Below, piece after piece: positions 10,265 through 20,537 of a stretch of DNA of 64,000 nt (its first letter is position 1; every line of letters starts with the position of its first letter). Position numbers and translations under genes: made by a program. The stretch comes from Burkholderiaceae bacterium (lineage in GTDB: Bacteria > Pseudomonadota > Gammaproteobacteria > Burkholderiales > Burkholderiaceae_D): the NCBI GenBank assembly GCA_036560485.1, contig DATBRC010000065.1, forward strand, positions 1,020-65,019. The letters run 5' to 3'. Below the pieces are notes generated by a model, which was given only the letters and a program-made list of their open reading frames with translations, made no database searches and had not been told where the DNA came from.

Positions 10265-10294
10265 GTGGTAAGCCCGAATTAGCAGACTTACCAC
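10265..10294 (-). terminator. Candidate hairpin terminator after the EAL/HDOD gene
   Basis: gtggtaag(10265-10272)/cttaccac(10287-10294), 8-bp stem and 14-nt loop, 18 nt past the stop. Only a weak T-tract follows. Confidence 0.3.
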
Positions 10295-10311
10295 GCTTAT
10301 GCGAGACAAAA

Positions 10312-11526
10312 TTATAATTTCAGGGTTTGCGCCCAAGCCAGCGCCGCCATGTGCGCTTCATTCACCTGTGCCGCACTGATGAATAATGAATCGGCTAATT
10401 CACCTACCGCCCCATTGCTCTGCTCGCATGCCTCGGCCAATGACAGGAACGGACCATACATCCCCTCACGCGTCAACAATGCTTGTGTGACTGGCTCAGG
10501 GAGCTGAATATTTTCCAAGACCTCTTCCATCGGGATGCCCAGCAAACGATCCAGCAAGGAAAACATACCGGCGACGAACAAATTCTCAGCTTCAGCCTTG
10601 GGCAAGAAACCTTTACTCAGCAATTCGGCAAAACGTCCGCGAACAATCGCTGTCTGCATCAACACAGGCGATTGCGCTCCGGCGTTTGCCACTGTCAATA
10701 ACACTGATAACCAGCGGTAAAGCGGTGTGTAGCCCAACATGGTCACCGCATGTTTGAGCGACTGAATTTCTGTCCCGAGACCAAAGCCGGCTGAATTGAT
10801 ATAGCGCAGCAGCTTGTATGACAGCGCAGCATCGCGCTTCAATATTTCTTCCAGCTTACGGACATCGGTATTCTTGCGTACCAAATCCATCAATTGCAGA
10901 ATCATGCCTTGCGCCGGATTCAATCCCTTTGGCTGATTTCCCGGCCGTGGCGTCAAATACAAGTTGCCGACAAAGGCATCCACACCAAGCGAAGCGCAGG
11001 AATCGAATTCCTGCCAGTTCGAGATATTCCGCCCGACCATTTTTTTGGATGATTGTTTAAGAGCGGCATACATCTTCGCCTGCTTTGGAAAATCTTCTGC
11101 GCCAAAGCGAAGCTCTACGTGCGAGACCGCCGGCAAAAGTGCGGCGTCTTTTCCCGAAACATCCGCTTCACGTAGCGCAATGCCAAATCCCTCTGCGAGC
11201 AGCGCCTTTGCTCTATCAACCGTGGCGGAATAACCCAAGTGCATCGGCGTCACTGTCAGCACGGTATTTTTGGGAGGCAAGGCGCTCAGAATCTCATCAG
11301 ACAGTAGCGCATCATTCGCCTGAAAAAACAGGACGCTATCTGTAAGTAGCCATCCTTTTTCCGAATCGTTCAAACGATCGCCAGCAAATGCGATCAATGA
11401 ACTTGCTTCTTCCGGGCCAGGATTCACAGTAGTCGCGTCAGGTGCCTGCCAAGTTAACTCATAACCCAGAATTTTTTGTTTAGGGTCCAGGAGTGGCTCT
11501 CTAATGATGAAATTTACGTCATGCAT
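10312..11526 (-). CDS. EAL-like plus HDOD domain signalling protein (COG3434-type)
   Basis: N-terminal IIREPLLDPKQKILGYELTWQ (degenerate EAL region). C-terminal HDOD-like region (LKRDAALSYKLLRYINSAGFG). Confidence 0.8.
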   Translation of the reverse strand: MHDVNFIIREPLLDPKQKILGYELTWQAPDATTVNPGPEEASSLIAFAGDRLNDSEKGWLLTDSVLFFQANDALLSDEILSALPPKNTVLTVTPMHLGYSATVDRAKALLAEGFGIALREADVSGKDAALLPAVSHVELRFGAEDFPKQAKMYAALKQSSKKMVGRNISNWQEFDSCASLGVDAFVGNLYLTPRPGNQPKGLNPAQGMILQLMDLVRKNTDVRKLEEILKRDAALSYKLLRYINSAGFGLGTEIQSLKHAVTMLGYTPLYRWLSVLLTVANAGAQSPVLMQTAIVRGRFAELLSKGFLPKAEAENLFVAGMFSLLDRLLGIPMEEVLENIQLPEPVTQALLTREGMYGPFLSLAEACEQSNGAVGELADSLFISAAQVNEAHMAALAWAQTLKL

Positions 11527-11568
11527 ATGCGTATATTAATTTGATGAGAGTTAATCGGTGACGTGCAA

Positions 11569-11670
11569 AGAGCGCCTAACAAAATGCCACTGAGGTTGTT
11601 GCAACTCCTTGCCGTACAGACGTACCGTCTGCGTCGTCGCGCCTAGCCAGTGGCATTTTTTAGGCGCTCT
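11569..11670. repeat. 102-nt inverted-repeat element (23/24-nt arms) between cheZ and the EAL/HDOD gene
   Basis: Left arm agagcgcctaacaaaatgccactg (11569-11592) pairs with right arm cagtggcattttttaggcgctct (11648-11670) apart from one extra c. An inner hairpin is cagacg-tac-cgtctg (11617-11631). Confidence 0.6.
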
Positions 11671-11711
11671 AAAATATAAAAATTGTGTCTGAAAGTTCGT
11701 TAAAAAAATCG

Positions 11712-12356
11712 TTAAAAACCAAGACTATCCAACAAGTCGTCTACCTGCCCTTGATCAGCAACTACGTCACTATTACCAGTGGGATTAATCTGCGGGCCGT
11801 TGAGCAACCCTGCTCCGGCGTCGCGCCTGATTTCAGGCGGCGCATAGTCAATCAACACTTGCACAAGTTGCTGTTCCAGATTGTGAGCCAACTCGGTAAT
11901 TTTTTTGATCACCTGGCCGGTCAAATCCTGAAAATCCTGCGCCATCATGATATCGAGCAGATGTTGTTTGGTTGCGTTGGTCGCTTGCTGCGTATCGCTC
12001 AAATATTTGAGCGTCTGCTCCGTCAAGTCATGGTATTGATCTTCTGAAAAAGGTCCGCCTACCGCCTTTTGACAAAGCTTCGATAAATCGCCTGCACCAG
12101 CATTAATCTTGTCTTGTAACGGCCCGGCAGCGTCTGTAGCATTCAATACCCGCTGCGCTGCCTGCTCCGTCATCTTCGCAACATAATCAAGGCGATCCCT
12201 GGCGTTGGGAATATCATGTGCTGCTCTCTCGATTAATTTATCAAAACCCAATCCACGCAAACTATCATGCAAAGTGCGCGTCATTTGGCCAACTCGTACT
12301 AACACCTCCTCTTGCTGATTCGGCTCAGTGCTTTGCTTGGCAACTGACGATAACAT
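11712..12356 (-). CDS. cheZ: CheY-P phosphatase CheZ
   Basis: Contains AQDFQDLTGQVIKKI (catalytic D/Q motif) and the C-terminal DDLLDSLGF CheY-binding tail. I prefer the ATG at 12356 (214 aa, MLSSVAKQ...) over the 12404 ORF start, which overlaps cheY. Confidence 0.9.
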   Translation of the reverse strand: MLSSVAKQSTEPNQQEEVLVRVGQMTRTLHDSLRGLGFDKLIERAAHDIPNARDRLDYVAKMTEQAAQRVLNATDAAGPLQDKINAGAGDLSKLCQKAVGGPFSEDQYHDLTEQTLKYLSDTQQATNATKQHLLDIMMAQDFQDLTGQVIKKITELAHNLEQQLVQVLIDYAPPEIRRDAGAGLLNGPQINPTGNSDVVADQGQVDDLLDSLGF

Positions 12357-12363
12357 GTCCAAA

Positions 12364-12753
12364 TCAAGCCCCAAGTTTTTCAAAAATTTTCGCCAGCTTT
12401 TCATCGAGGGTTGCTGCGGTAAATGGTTTCACCACATATCCATTTGCACCAGCTTGTGCTGCGGCGATAATGTTTTCCTTTTTAGCTTCTGCTGTGACCA
12501 TCAACACAGGAAGTTTCGACAACGCCGCGTCTGCCCGGATGTTCTGCAGCATGGTCAAGCCATCCATGATCGGCATGTTCCAATCTGAAATAACGAAATC
12601 AAACTGTTCGGTGCGCAGTTTGCTCAGCGCCATTGCGCCATCTTCTGCCTCGTCCACGTTGGTGTATCCCAATTCCTTGAGAAGATTTCGGACAATACGG
12701 CGCATCGTAGAAAAATCGTCAACGACCAAAAATTTTGTATTCGGACCAGCCAT
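12364..12753 (-). CDS. cheY: Chemotaxis response regulator CheY
   Basis: [24 protein letters not shown]...DWNMP...KPFTAATL, near-collinear with E. coli CheY. GGAG lies 6 nt upstream of the ATG at 12753. Confidence 0.95.
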   Translation of the reverse strand: MAGPNTKFLVVDDFSTMRRIVRNLLKELGYTNVDEAEDGAMALSKLRTEQFDFVISDWNMPIMDGLTMLQNIRADAALSKLPVLMVTAEAKKENIIAAAQAGANGYVVKPFTAATLDEKLAKIFEKLGA

Positions 12754-12790
12754 GAACGACTCCATTAAATCTTAAAAAACATTATCAATC

Positions 12791-12817
12791 TTATTGGTAG
12801 CTCAATTACAAACTTAC
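12791..12817 (-). promoter_or_regulatory. Candidate sigma-28 (FliA) promoter for cheY-cheZ
   Basis: Minus strand reads GTAAGTTT-N11-ACCAATAA against the consensus TAAAGTTT-N11-GCCGATAA (6/8 + 6/8, exact spacing), about 38 nt upstream of the cheY ATG. Confidence 0.35.
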
Positions 12818-12980
12818 AGCAGCTTACCGTCATTATGCACTCAGGAACCCGGCAAACTAAGCGGAAACGATTACCGGAATGATCAGGTGCTGCATTTCTG
12901 TCGTTTTTTATTCATTGCGCTACTCGCTACCTGAGTTTCAGTCTTCCTGTTTTTGACGTTGCTCTGCTCACACAAAGTCA

Positions 12981-14057
12981 TCAGACACGCAATGCGCGGC
13001 TACTGTTGGCCGCCAAATACGCCAAGACCTTGCTCGGCAACTCTTGTAACGGTCCCACCTCATTGGTCGCACCAACTGCAATGGCTTCTCTCGGCATACC
13101 GAACACAACACAGGTCGCCTCATCTTGCGCAAAATTGTATGCGCCGGCATTTTTCATTTCGAGCATGCCTTGCGCGCCATCTTTGCCCATACCCGTCAAA
13201 ATCACGCCGACAGCATTTTTACCGGCATTGACAGCCGCAGAGCGGAACAAGACATCAACAGCAGGCCGATGGCGGTTCACAGGCGGTCCTTGGTCAAGTT
13301 GCGTTACGTAGTTTGCACCACTGCGCGCAAGCTGCAAATGTGAATGGCCTGGTGCGATATACGCATGTCCGGGCAAAATCCGCTCTCCGCCTGCCGCTTC
13401 ATTGACGGAGATCTTGCACAGTCCATCCAGGCGGCGTGCAAATGATCGTGTAAATCCTTCCGGCATGTGTTGTGTCACCAAAATACCGGGGCAGTCCGAT
13501 GGCATCTGGATCAAGAACTCCTTGATCGCTTCAGTGCCACCAGTCGATGCGCCAATAATGATGAGTTTTTCACTACTGGTCAGTGGGTTGCGAATTGGCG
13601 GAAGTGTGCCATCTGCATTTTTGTCGCCTGTAGGAGCAGGACGCGACATGGCTTTGACACGCGCCTTGGATGCTGCACGGATTTTGTCGGTAATCAATTC
13701 GGCATATTCAAGCATGCCGCTTTGGATCGACATTTTTGGCTTGGTCACAAAATCGACCGCACCGAGTTCAAGTGCACGCAAGGTGATCTCCGAACCGCGT
13801 TCGGTCAAAGACGACACCATTACTACCGGCATTGGCCGCAAACGCATCAGCTTTTCGAGAAAATCCAGGCCGTCCATTTTCGGCATCTCGACATCCAGTG
13901 TGAGCACATCCGGATTGGTTTGCTTGATCAATTCACGCGCGACCAATGGATCCGGCGCGACACCCACGACTTGCATATCAGACTGACTGCTGATAATTTC
14001 GCTCATGACGCTGCGTATCAACGCTGAATCGTCCACGATCAATACTTTAATTTTCAT
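12981..14057 (-). CDS. cheB: Chemotaxis methylesterase/deamidase CheB
   Basis: N-terminal receiver ([12 protein letters not shown]...DVEMP) plus a CheB methylesterase domain (GASTGG, HMPEGFT, GMGKDG). Confidence 0.95.
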   Translation of the reverse strand: MKIKVLIVDDSALIRSVMSEIISSQSDMQVVGVAPDPLVARELIKQTNPDVLTLDVEMPKMDGLDFLEKLMRLRPMPVVMVSSLTERGSEITLRALELGAVDFVTKPKMSIQSGMLEYAELITDKIRAASKARVKAMSRPAPTGDKNADGTLPPIRNPLTSSEKLIIIGASTGGTEAIKEFLIQMPSDCPGILVTQHMPEGFTRSFARRLDGLCKISVNEAAGGERILPGHAYIAPGHSHLQLARSGANYVTQLDQGPPVNRHRPAVDVLFRSAAVNAGKNAVGVILTGMGKDGAQGMLEMKNAGAYNFAQDEATCVVFGMPREAIAVGATNEVGPLQELPSKVLAYLAANSSRALRV

Positions 14058-14104
14058 AGTACTCTCTTGCGTCGTTTCTTTGAGCGGGTGCTTATGTTTA
14101 TCGA

Positions 14105-14713
14105 TCAGAAAAGCTCGACATCGCCACCTACCGGCTTGGTCTGCAGTCTGTTTGCATAATCCTGTTCGCGGTTAACCAATGTGTTGTTATTCATTTGCTT
14201 GAGTTTCTTGACCAGGACTTTTCCGGTACGCGGAAAGAAATAAACTTTGCGCGGATGGACATCGTTCAAGTCTTCTGCAGTCACTTTGATATTCTCATTC
14301 TGCAAATAATTGCGTACAAATTTTGCATTGCGTTCGCCAACATTAATTGCAGTAAATCCTCTTAACACGGCGCCACCGCCGAAAACTTTCGCTTCAAGAT
14401 TTTCGCGCCGCGCCCCAGCCTTGAGAAGATCATTGATCAGCACCTCCATCGCATATGTCCCGTATCGCATTGATGCCGAGACTGGGCTGTCTGTATCATT
14501 GCCACCATCCGGCAACATGAAATGATTCATGCCGCCGATGCCGGAAACGCGATCTCGAATGCAGGCCGCGACACAAGATCCCAATACCGTTACGATCAAC
14601 ATATCTTTCGGCGTAAAGTAATACTCACCCGGCAAAATTTTTGCCGCGTCACAGTCAAATGTCCGATCAAAATAGACATTTGTAGCAAATTGTTCTTCAG
14701 TTCCGTTGCTCAT
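14105..14713 (-). CDS. cheD: Chemoreceptor glutamine deamidase CheD
   Basis: 202 aa with [11 protein letters not shown] (catalytic Cys region) and GGMNHFMLP. Lies between cheR and cheB. Confidence 0.9.
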   Translation of the reverse strand: MSNGTEEQFATNVYFDRTFDCDAAKILPGEYYFTPKDMLIVTVLGSCVAACIRDRVSGIGGMNHFMLPDGGNDTDSPVSASMRYGTYAMEVLINDLLKAGARRENLEAKVFGGGAVLRGFTAINVGERNAKFVRNYLQNENIKVTAEDLNDVHPRKVYFFPRTGKVLVKKLKQMNNNTLVNREQDYANRLQTKPVGGDVELF

Positions 14714-14749
14714 TTATTTGTTCTCATACCCGTGGTGAAATGCGTTTCA

Positions 14750-15625
14750 CTACGCCTTTTTATTTGCCAACTCATACACCGTTTTACCGCGTAATTTGAA
14801 TAGATCTGAAACATACAGAAAATTTTCAGAATGCCCTGCGAACAATAATCCTTCAGGCTTCAGCAACGGTGCGAAGCGAGATAAAATTTTTCCTTGCGTC
14901 GGCTTATCAAAATAAATCATCACATTGCGGCAAAAAATGACATCAAATGGTCCGGAAACAGGCCATTCTTGCGCCAACAGATTCAACTGCCTGAATGTCA
15001 CCATCTGCCGCAGTTCGGGCCTTACTCTGATCATTCCGGATTGCTCGCCCTTACCTCTCAGAAAAAAGCGTTTGGCGCGCTCCGGAGATAATTTCTCCAG
15101 TTTGTCGCTTGTGTACACACCATGCTGCGCAGTGGAGAGTACATTTGTATCGATATCAGTTGCGATGATTTGTGCCGGTGGAGTGAGTGTCCCGAACACT
15201 TCACACAAAGTCATTGCAATTGAATAGGGTTCTTCACCGGTGGAGCTGGCTGAACACCAAATCACAATCGGGTCCTTTAATTTCTTTACGTACTCGGCGA
15301 GAATGGGAAAATGATGCGCTTCTCGAAAAAACGATGTCAGATTCGTTGTCAGTGCATTGGTGAAGGCTTCCCATTCATCTGCATCGCCACCACCTTCAAG
15401 TTCATCCAGATAGACAGCAAATGATGTCATGCCTGTTGCGCGTAACCGGCGCGCTATCCGGCTATATACCAACTCCTGCTTGCTATCGGCCAAGGCAATA
15501 CCGGCACGGTTGTAAATCATTGCGCGCACTCTTTCAAAGTCACGCACTGTGAAATCAAATTCTTTCACCGATCCCACTTTGTTTTGTAAGCTTGCTTTCA
15601 CGCTGATACTATCTTTCAATTGCAT
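14750..15625 (-). CDS. cheR: Chemotaxis methyltransferase CheR
   Basis: TNLTSFFRE, IWCSASSTGEEPYS and VIFCRNVMIYFD motifs. Confidence 0.95.
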   Translation of the reverse strand: MQLKDSISVKASLQNKVGSVKEFDFTVRDFERVRAMIYNRAGIALADSKQELVYSRIARRLRATGMTSFAVYLDELEGGGDADEWEAFTNALTTNLTSFFREAHHFPILAEYVKKLKDPIVIWCSASSTGEEPYSIAMTLCEVFGTLTPPAQIIATDIDTNVLSTAQHGVYTSDKLEKLSPERAKRFFLRGKGEQSGMIRVRPELRQMVTFRQLNLLAQEWPVSGPFDVIFCRNVMIYFDKPTQGKILSRFAPLLKPEGLLFAGHSENFLYVSDLFKLRGKTVYELANKKA

Positions 15626-15705
15626 TTATTGATTCAATTTTGTTCTGTCAATCCTTTGCCGGTCTACTCTACTACCAATAGACTTTAAGATCGGTTAAGA
15701 CTTTG

Positions 15706-16209
15706 TTACGCGGCGATTTTGTCTATCAATCCCATTTCGGCACTCGACATGAGCTTGTCGATATCGATCAAAATCAGCATCCGCTCATCCAGTGTGCCTA
15801 GTCCGATCAGATAGTCTGTATTAAATGCGGTACCCATCTCCGGTGCCGGTTTGATCTGCTCGGCAGTCAGGGTGATTACATCGGACACGCTATCGACAAC
15901 CATACCCATGACGCGACCGCCAATATTGAGGATGATGACAACAGTGAATTGATCGTAAGTCGGTTCGCCCAGATTGAACTTGATACGCATATCCACGATC
16001 GGCACGATAATCCCGCGCAGGTTCACGACACCTTTGATAAATTCAGGCGCGTTTGCGATGCGGGTTACCGCCTCATAGCCACGAATTTCCTGCACTTTCA
16101 ATATGTCGATACCATATTCTTCTTTGCCCAACGTGAAAGCAAGAAATTCATTTCCAGTTGTGTCTGCTCCGGATTTATCCCCAGTGCCTTGAGTATTATT
16201 TGCTTGCAT
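15706..16209 (-). CDS. cheW: Chemotaxis coupling protein CheW
   Basis: 167 aa with [25 protein letters not shown]...VVNLRG, a CheW-like domain. Confidence 0.95.
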   Translation of the reverse strand: MQANNTQGTGDKSGADTTGNEFLAFTLGKEEYGIDILKVQEIRGYEAVTRIANAPEFIKGVVNLRGIIVPIVDMRIKFNLGEPTYDQFTVVIILNIGGRVMGMVVDSVSDVITLTAEQIKPAPEMGTAFNTDYLIGLGTLDERMLILIDIDKLMSSAEMGLIDKIAA

Positions 16210-16220
16210 GGCTGTCGTCC

Positions 16221-18458
16221 TTATTGAGAATAGAGAGATTCATCATTGAGCTGGCGGCTGGAACGCAATAATGCCGCGACGTCGATAATCAGCGACACAC
16301 CACCATCGCCTAAAATCGTGGCACCGGAAATGCCCGCCACTTTACGGTAATTCGATTCAAGATTTTTCACTACAACTTGCTGTTGACCGACCAGATCATC
16401 AACGAACAATGCAGCTTTTTTTCCATCAGATTCGAGAATGACTAAAATGCCTTGTGAAGGATCGGTAAAGCTCGATCCAATACCAAACGTCTGATAAAGC
16501 GGGATCAAAGGCAAGTACTCTCCTCGCACTTTGACCACTCGGCCTTGACCGCTGATCTCTTTGATATCAACTGCTCTCGGCTGCAGCGATTCAATCACAT
16601 AGCCAAGCGGCAGGATGTAAACTTCTTCGCCTACTTTGATGGACATTCCATCCAGGATTGCAAGTGTCAGAGGTAACGAGATCGACATCGTGGTACCAAA
16701 ACCCTTTGCAGAACGAATATCGACCGTTCCACCCATCGCTTCAATATTTCGTTTGACGACGTCCATGCCTACGCCGCGACCGGAAATATCCGTCACCTTT
16801 TCAGCTGTCGAAAAACCCGGCGCAAAAATGAGCTGCCACACATCACTATCGCTCATCGCATCCGATACCGGAAGTCCTTGCTGCTGGGCTTTGGCGAGGA
16901 TTTTGTCGCGATGCAATCCACCGCCATCATCGCTGACTTCAATGATGATGTTGCCGCCCTGATGACTTGCGGAGAGTGACAACTTTCCTGTTTCGCTTTT
17001 GCCTGCCGCAACTCTGACAGCAGGCGTTTCTATGCCATGATCGACACTGTTGCGCACCAGATGCGTCATTGGATCGATGATGCGTTCTATCAATCCCTTG
17101 TCGAGTTCGGTTGCAGCACCGTGCGTAATGAATTCCACTTTTTTGCCAAGCTTTGCGGCCAAATCCCGCACCATGCGCGGGAAACGGGAAAACACATAAT
17201 CCATCGGCATCATGCGAATCGACATGACTGCCTCTTGTAGATCACGCGTATTACGCGTTAACTGACCGACGCTATTCAACAAACGTTCATGCAACATCGG
17301 ATCGAGTGAATCGGTACGCTGCTCTATCATCGCTTGCGTAATCACCAGTTCACCCACCAGATTAATCAGCTGGTCCACCTTTTCGATACTGACACGAATT
17401 GAGCTCGATGCATCACTGTTGGTGCCTTTGTCGGACTCACGTCTTGCGAATCCTTTTCTCTCATCTCCGCCGGTGCCGGCGCCTTCTTTTGCCAAAGGGT
17501 GTGCTCCTGAATTTGGCGGCACTTCACTGATTGGTATGGGAGGATGGTCATGTTCATGAATGATGGGTGCTGCTTGTTCTGTAATTTCTTTGGGGACAAA
17601 CGGCGCAAAGAAACCATAGCCTTGTTCTGCTTCTTTGTCTTTTGCGTCGCCATCTGACGATTGACCGCCCCCTATCGTCTCAATCGGATCGAAGAAACCA
17701 TAACCCAGCTCATCGTCTGTAGTTTGCTGCGTTGATTTTGCCGAATGGGAAACGGCCGTTTTCACGGCGCCTGCTTCCTGCGTAATCTTCAAATCATTTG
17801 GATTCAAAATGAAGGAGCAGATGGCCACAATGTCATCAGATCCTTCTTCCGTATCCAGTGTAAAAGCGAAACGTTTAGCATCAAGTGCTGTCTTGCTGAT
17901 TGCTCCCAGCAAGCCCAATTCTGTCGTCAACGCACCAATATCGCGTGCTGAAAGTTCTGGCAATTCAATACGAAAACGACGAAGTTGGTGTGAGGCTGGA
18001 GCTGAAGAGGATATTTTTTCATCTGCATTGGTATTCGAAGCAGCTGCTTTAGGCGCAATGATCGGCATAATCTCCTGCGACAGGGACTGCAGCATCATGC
18101 GTACATCTGCAACAGCTTCCTGATCAACCTCTGCACCATGCCGGTGTCCATCCAGTTGCATCTTGAGGATATCCTTGGCAGCGAGAAACGCATCGACATG
18201 CTCTGCTGTTAACGCCATCTCACCCTTGCGAATTTTATCGAGCAAGGTTTCAAGTACGTGGGTGACTTCTGTTAAATCTGTGATGCCGAACGTTGCTGCA
18301 CCGCCCTTGATCGAGTGAGCAGCACGGAAAATTGCATTGAGGTCTTCTGGATCCGGTGTCGAAATGTCAATAGCCAAGAGTAGTTTTTCCATTTCAGCTA
18401 GGAGCTCTTCGGTCTCTTCGAAGAACACCTGGAAAAACTGACTCATATCAATGGTCAT
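16221..18458 (-). CDS. cheA: Chemotaxis histidine kinase CheA
   Basis: P1 Hpt ([15 protein letters not shown]), a long linker/P2, the dimerisation and HATPase_c regions ([15 protein letters not shown]) and a C-terminal CheW-like P5. Confidence 0.97.
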   Translation of the reverse strand: MTIDMSQFFQVFFEETEELLAEMEKLLLAIDISTPDPEDLNAIFRAAHSIKGGAATFGITDLTEVTHVLETLLDKIRKGEMALTAEHVDAFLAAKDILKMQLDGHRHGAEVDQEAVADVRMMLQSLSQEIMPIIAPKAAASNTNADEKISSSAPASHQLRRFRIELPELSARDIGALTTELGLLGAISKTALDAKRFAFTLDTEEGSDDIVAICSFILNPNDLKITQEAGAVKTAVSHSAKSTQQTTDDELGYGFFDPIETIGGGQSSDGDAKDKEAEQGYGFFAPFVPKEITEQAAPIIHEHDHPPIPISEVPPNSGAHPLAKEGAGTGGDERKGFARRESDKGTNSDASSSIRVSIEKVDQLINLVGELVITQAMIEQRTDSLDPMLHERLLNSVGQLTRNTRDLQEAVMSIRMMPMDYVFSRFPRMVRDLAAKLGKKVEFITHGAATELDKGLIERIIDPMTHLVRNSVDHGIETPAVRVAAGKSETGKLSLSASHQGGNIIIEVSDDGGGLHRDKILAKAQQQGLPVSDAMSDSDVWQLIFAPGFSTAEKVTDISGRGVGMDVVKRNIEAMGGTVDIRSAKGFGTTMSISLPLTLAILDGMSIKVGEEVYILPLGYVIESLQPRAVDIKEISGQGRVVKVRGEYLPLIPLYQTFGIGSSFTDPSQGILVILESDGKKAALFVDDLVGQQQVVVKNLESNYRKVAGISGATILGDGGVSLIIDVAALLRSSRQLNDESLYSQ

Positions 18459-18536
18459 CGCTTTGCTCCGTCGTATACGCTTTGCTTCATTTGATCAGCT
18501 CACTTGGCTCTTTTTATACCGCTTCGGCAAGTAGCG

Positions 18537-18902
18537 TTAACCAATTACTTTCTTCACCACTTCTGTCAGGCGCTGTGGATCAAAAGGTTTGACAAGCCAT
18601 CCATTGGCGCCGGCCGCTTTGCCTTTTGCCTTCATTTCATCACTCGCCTCAGTGGTCAGCATGAGAATGGGTGTACGCTGATAAGTGCTAAGCGCGCGCA
18701 ACGATCTGATTAAAGTAAGGCCATCCATGCGCGGCATGTTTTGATCCGTTAGAACAAGATCAAATGATTGTTCCTTCGCTTTATCCAGACCATCTTGCCC
18801 GTCTACTGCCTCAGTCACCTGGTACCCCGCCGCTTTAAGGCTGAATACCACCATCTGGCGTAAAGAGCCCGAGTCGTCCACTGCAAGTATCGTTTTTGCC
18901 AT
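18537..18902 (-). CDS. Single-domain CheY-like response regulator (second CheY)
   Basis: 121 aa with ILAVDDS...DQNMPRMDG...T...KP receiver residues. Lies immediately upstream of cheA. Confidence 0.9.
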   Translation of the reverse strand: MAKTILAVDDSGSLRQMVVFSLKAAGYQVTEAVDGQDGLDKAKEQSFDLVLTDQNMPRMDGLTLIRSLRALSTYQRTPILMLTTEASDEMKAKGKAAGANGWLVKPFDPQRLTEVVKKVIG

Positions 18903-18971
18903 CTTTGCTCCCGCTATTCTCGTTTCCAGGCTATATGCCGTATTTTATTGCTACCAACTACTGATTCAAGG

Positions 18972-19529
18972 TCAAAAAAGTTCGATGTCGCCGCTTTCCA
19001 TATGCGTCTGACGCACAGCCTTCCACAATACGCTCTCCAGCTTGGTGCTGTGTTCTTCCATCACCTTATTGATATCGTTTAAAAACGCGACGATTTCTTC
19101 CGTATCGCTTTCAGGCATGACGCCCGAGCTGCTCTGTCCGACCAAAGTAAGAACTTCGCGCAGTCCGGTTACACGCCTGACCGTCCTGCCAATTAATTGA
19201 CTCGTCATATCCTGGAATTGCAAGCCGGTGACAGCCGCATTGACATGCTTTCCTATTTCGTTATGGATCTCTTTGAGTCGCTCCACACTCTCAGGTTTCG
19301 GCACGCCACCGGCGAGCAGCAAATCCACTGTCTCCTGCTGAGAACAAACGGCCTCATGGATCGCCATGAAACTGGCGCCCAATTTTTGAATTGCCTCTCC
19401 AAGCAAAAATGTAGTTTGGACCAGGTCGGTTTCGACTTCTGTCAAATGCTGACTGCCTTGATCCGACACGCTTGATATGAAGCGCTTCACCTGTGAGCCC
19501 AACATTTTTTTTCTAGTCATGAAAAACAC
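18972..19529 (-). CDS. Hypothetical 185-aa protein with a CheZ-like FQDxTxQ motif (candidate mini-CheZ)
   Basis: GTG start in the ORF track. Lies between motB and the CheY-like gene. Contains LQFQDMTSQLI (19197-19220 encodes QFQDMTSQ), resembling the CheZ DFQDLTGQVI. Acidic C-terminal tail GDIELF. Confidence 0.6.
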   Translation of the reverse strand: MFFMTRKKMLGSQVKRFISSVSDQGSQHLTEVETDLVQTTFLLGEAIQKLGASFMAIHEAVCSQQETVDLLLAGGVPKPESVERLKEIHNEIGKHVNAAVTGLQFQDMTSQLIGRTVRRVTGLREVLTLVGQSSSGVMPESDTEEIVAFLNDINKVMEEHSTKLESVLWKAVRQTHMESGDIELF

Positions 19530-19571
19530 CTTATCATCGACTCAATCAAAAGTACAGATAGAGGCGTCCGC

Positions 19572-20498
19572 TTATTTGGCAGACTCACTCATCTGTTCCT
19601 TTTTTGCCTCTCCGTCATTCTGAACCTCAACCGTACCACCCACTTGAGATGCTGATTCCTCTGTTTTTTTATTCATCACGATAATGCTGATGCGTCGATT
19701 GCTCGCACTAAACGGATCCTGTTTATCGAAAGGCACGACAGAAGACAAGCCCACGACGCGCATGATTTTATTCTCATCCATGCCGCCCGCAATTAATTCA
19801 CGTCTTGATGCATTGGCGCGATCTGATGAAAGTTCCCAATTGCTGTAGCCTATTTCCCCACTTGAGTACGGCGTGGCATCGGTATGTCCGGAGAGGCTGA
19901 TTTTATTGGGAACTTCATTCAATGAGCGTCCGATTGCTTGCAAAATTTCCTTGGTATACGGCTGCAATTCTGCTTTTGCCGAGGCAAACATGGGTCGATT
20001 CTGCTCATCTACAATTTGTATGCGCAATCCTTCGGTTGTAATATCCAGCAGAAGCTGCTTGCTATATGGTTTCAAGCTCGAGCTGCCCTCAATCACCCCC
20101 TCAATTTGGGCTTTTAATGCCTTCAATCGCGCAGCTTCAGCACGTTCAAGCGCCTCTTGCCCCGCCTTGATGCTATAAGTTTTCTTTTCTGCTACCGTCT
20201 CGCCATTTTTAACCTGTCCGAATTTACGGGTAAGATCCTTGCCCCCACCCGTCACGACACTTGAACTGTCTCCACTACCAGAACCACCACCCATTGCTAC
20301 TTTAAGCGGCGTCTTGAAATAATCGGCAATACCTTGCAAATCGCCTTTCGTTGTCGAACCCATCAGCCACATCAGCAAAAAAAACGCCATCATTGCCGTG
20401 ACAAAATCGGCATAAGCAATCTTCCATGCGCCGCCATGTGCAGCACCGCCGACTTTCTTGATTCGTTTGACGACTATCGGTCGTCCCTCATCTGCCAT
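19572..20498 (-). CDS. motB: Flagellar stator protein MotB
   Basis: HGGAWKIAYADFVTAMMAFFLLMWL signature and a C-terminal OmpA-like domain (NRRISI). Confidence 0.93.
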   Translation of the reverse strand: MADEGRPIVVKRIKKVGGAAHGGAWKIAYADFVTAMMAFFLLMWLMGSTTKGDLQGIADYFKTPLKVAMGGGSGSGDSSSVVTGGGKDLTRKFGQVKNGETVAEKKTYSIKAGQEALERAEAARLKALKAQIEGVIEGSSSLKPYSKQLLLDITTEGLRIQIVDEQNRPMFASAKAELQPYTKEILQAIGRSLNEVPNKISLSGHTDATPYSSGEIGYSNWELSSDRANASRRELIAGGMDENKIMRVVGLSSVVPFDKQDPFSASNRRISIIVMNKKTEESASQVGGTVEVQNDGEAKKEQMSESAK

Positions 20499-20537
20499 GT
20501 CAATTCTCGCCGTTGTTTTTTTAATTAATCGATAGGA

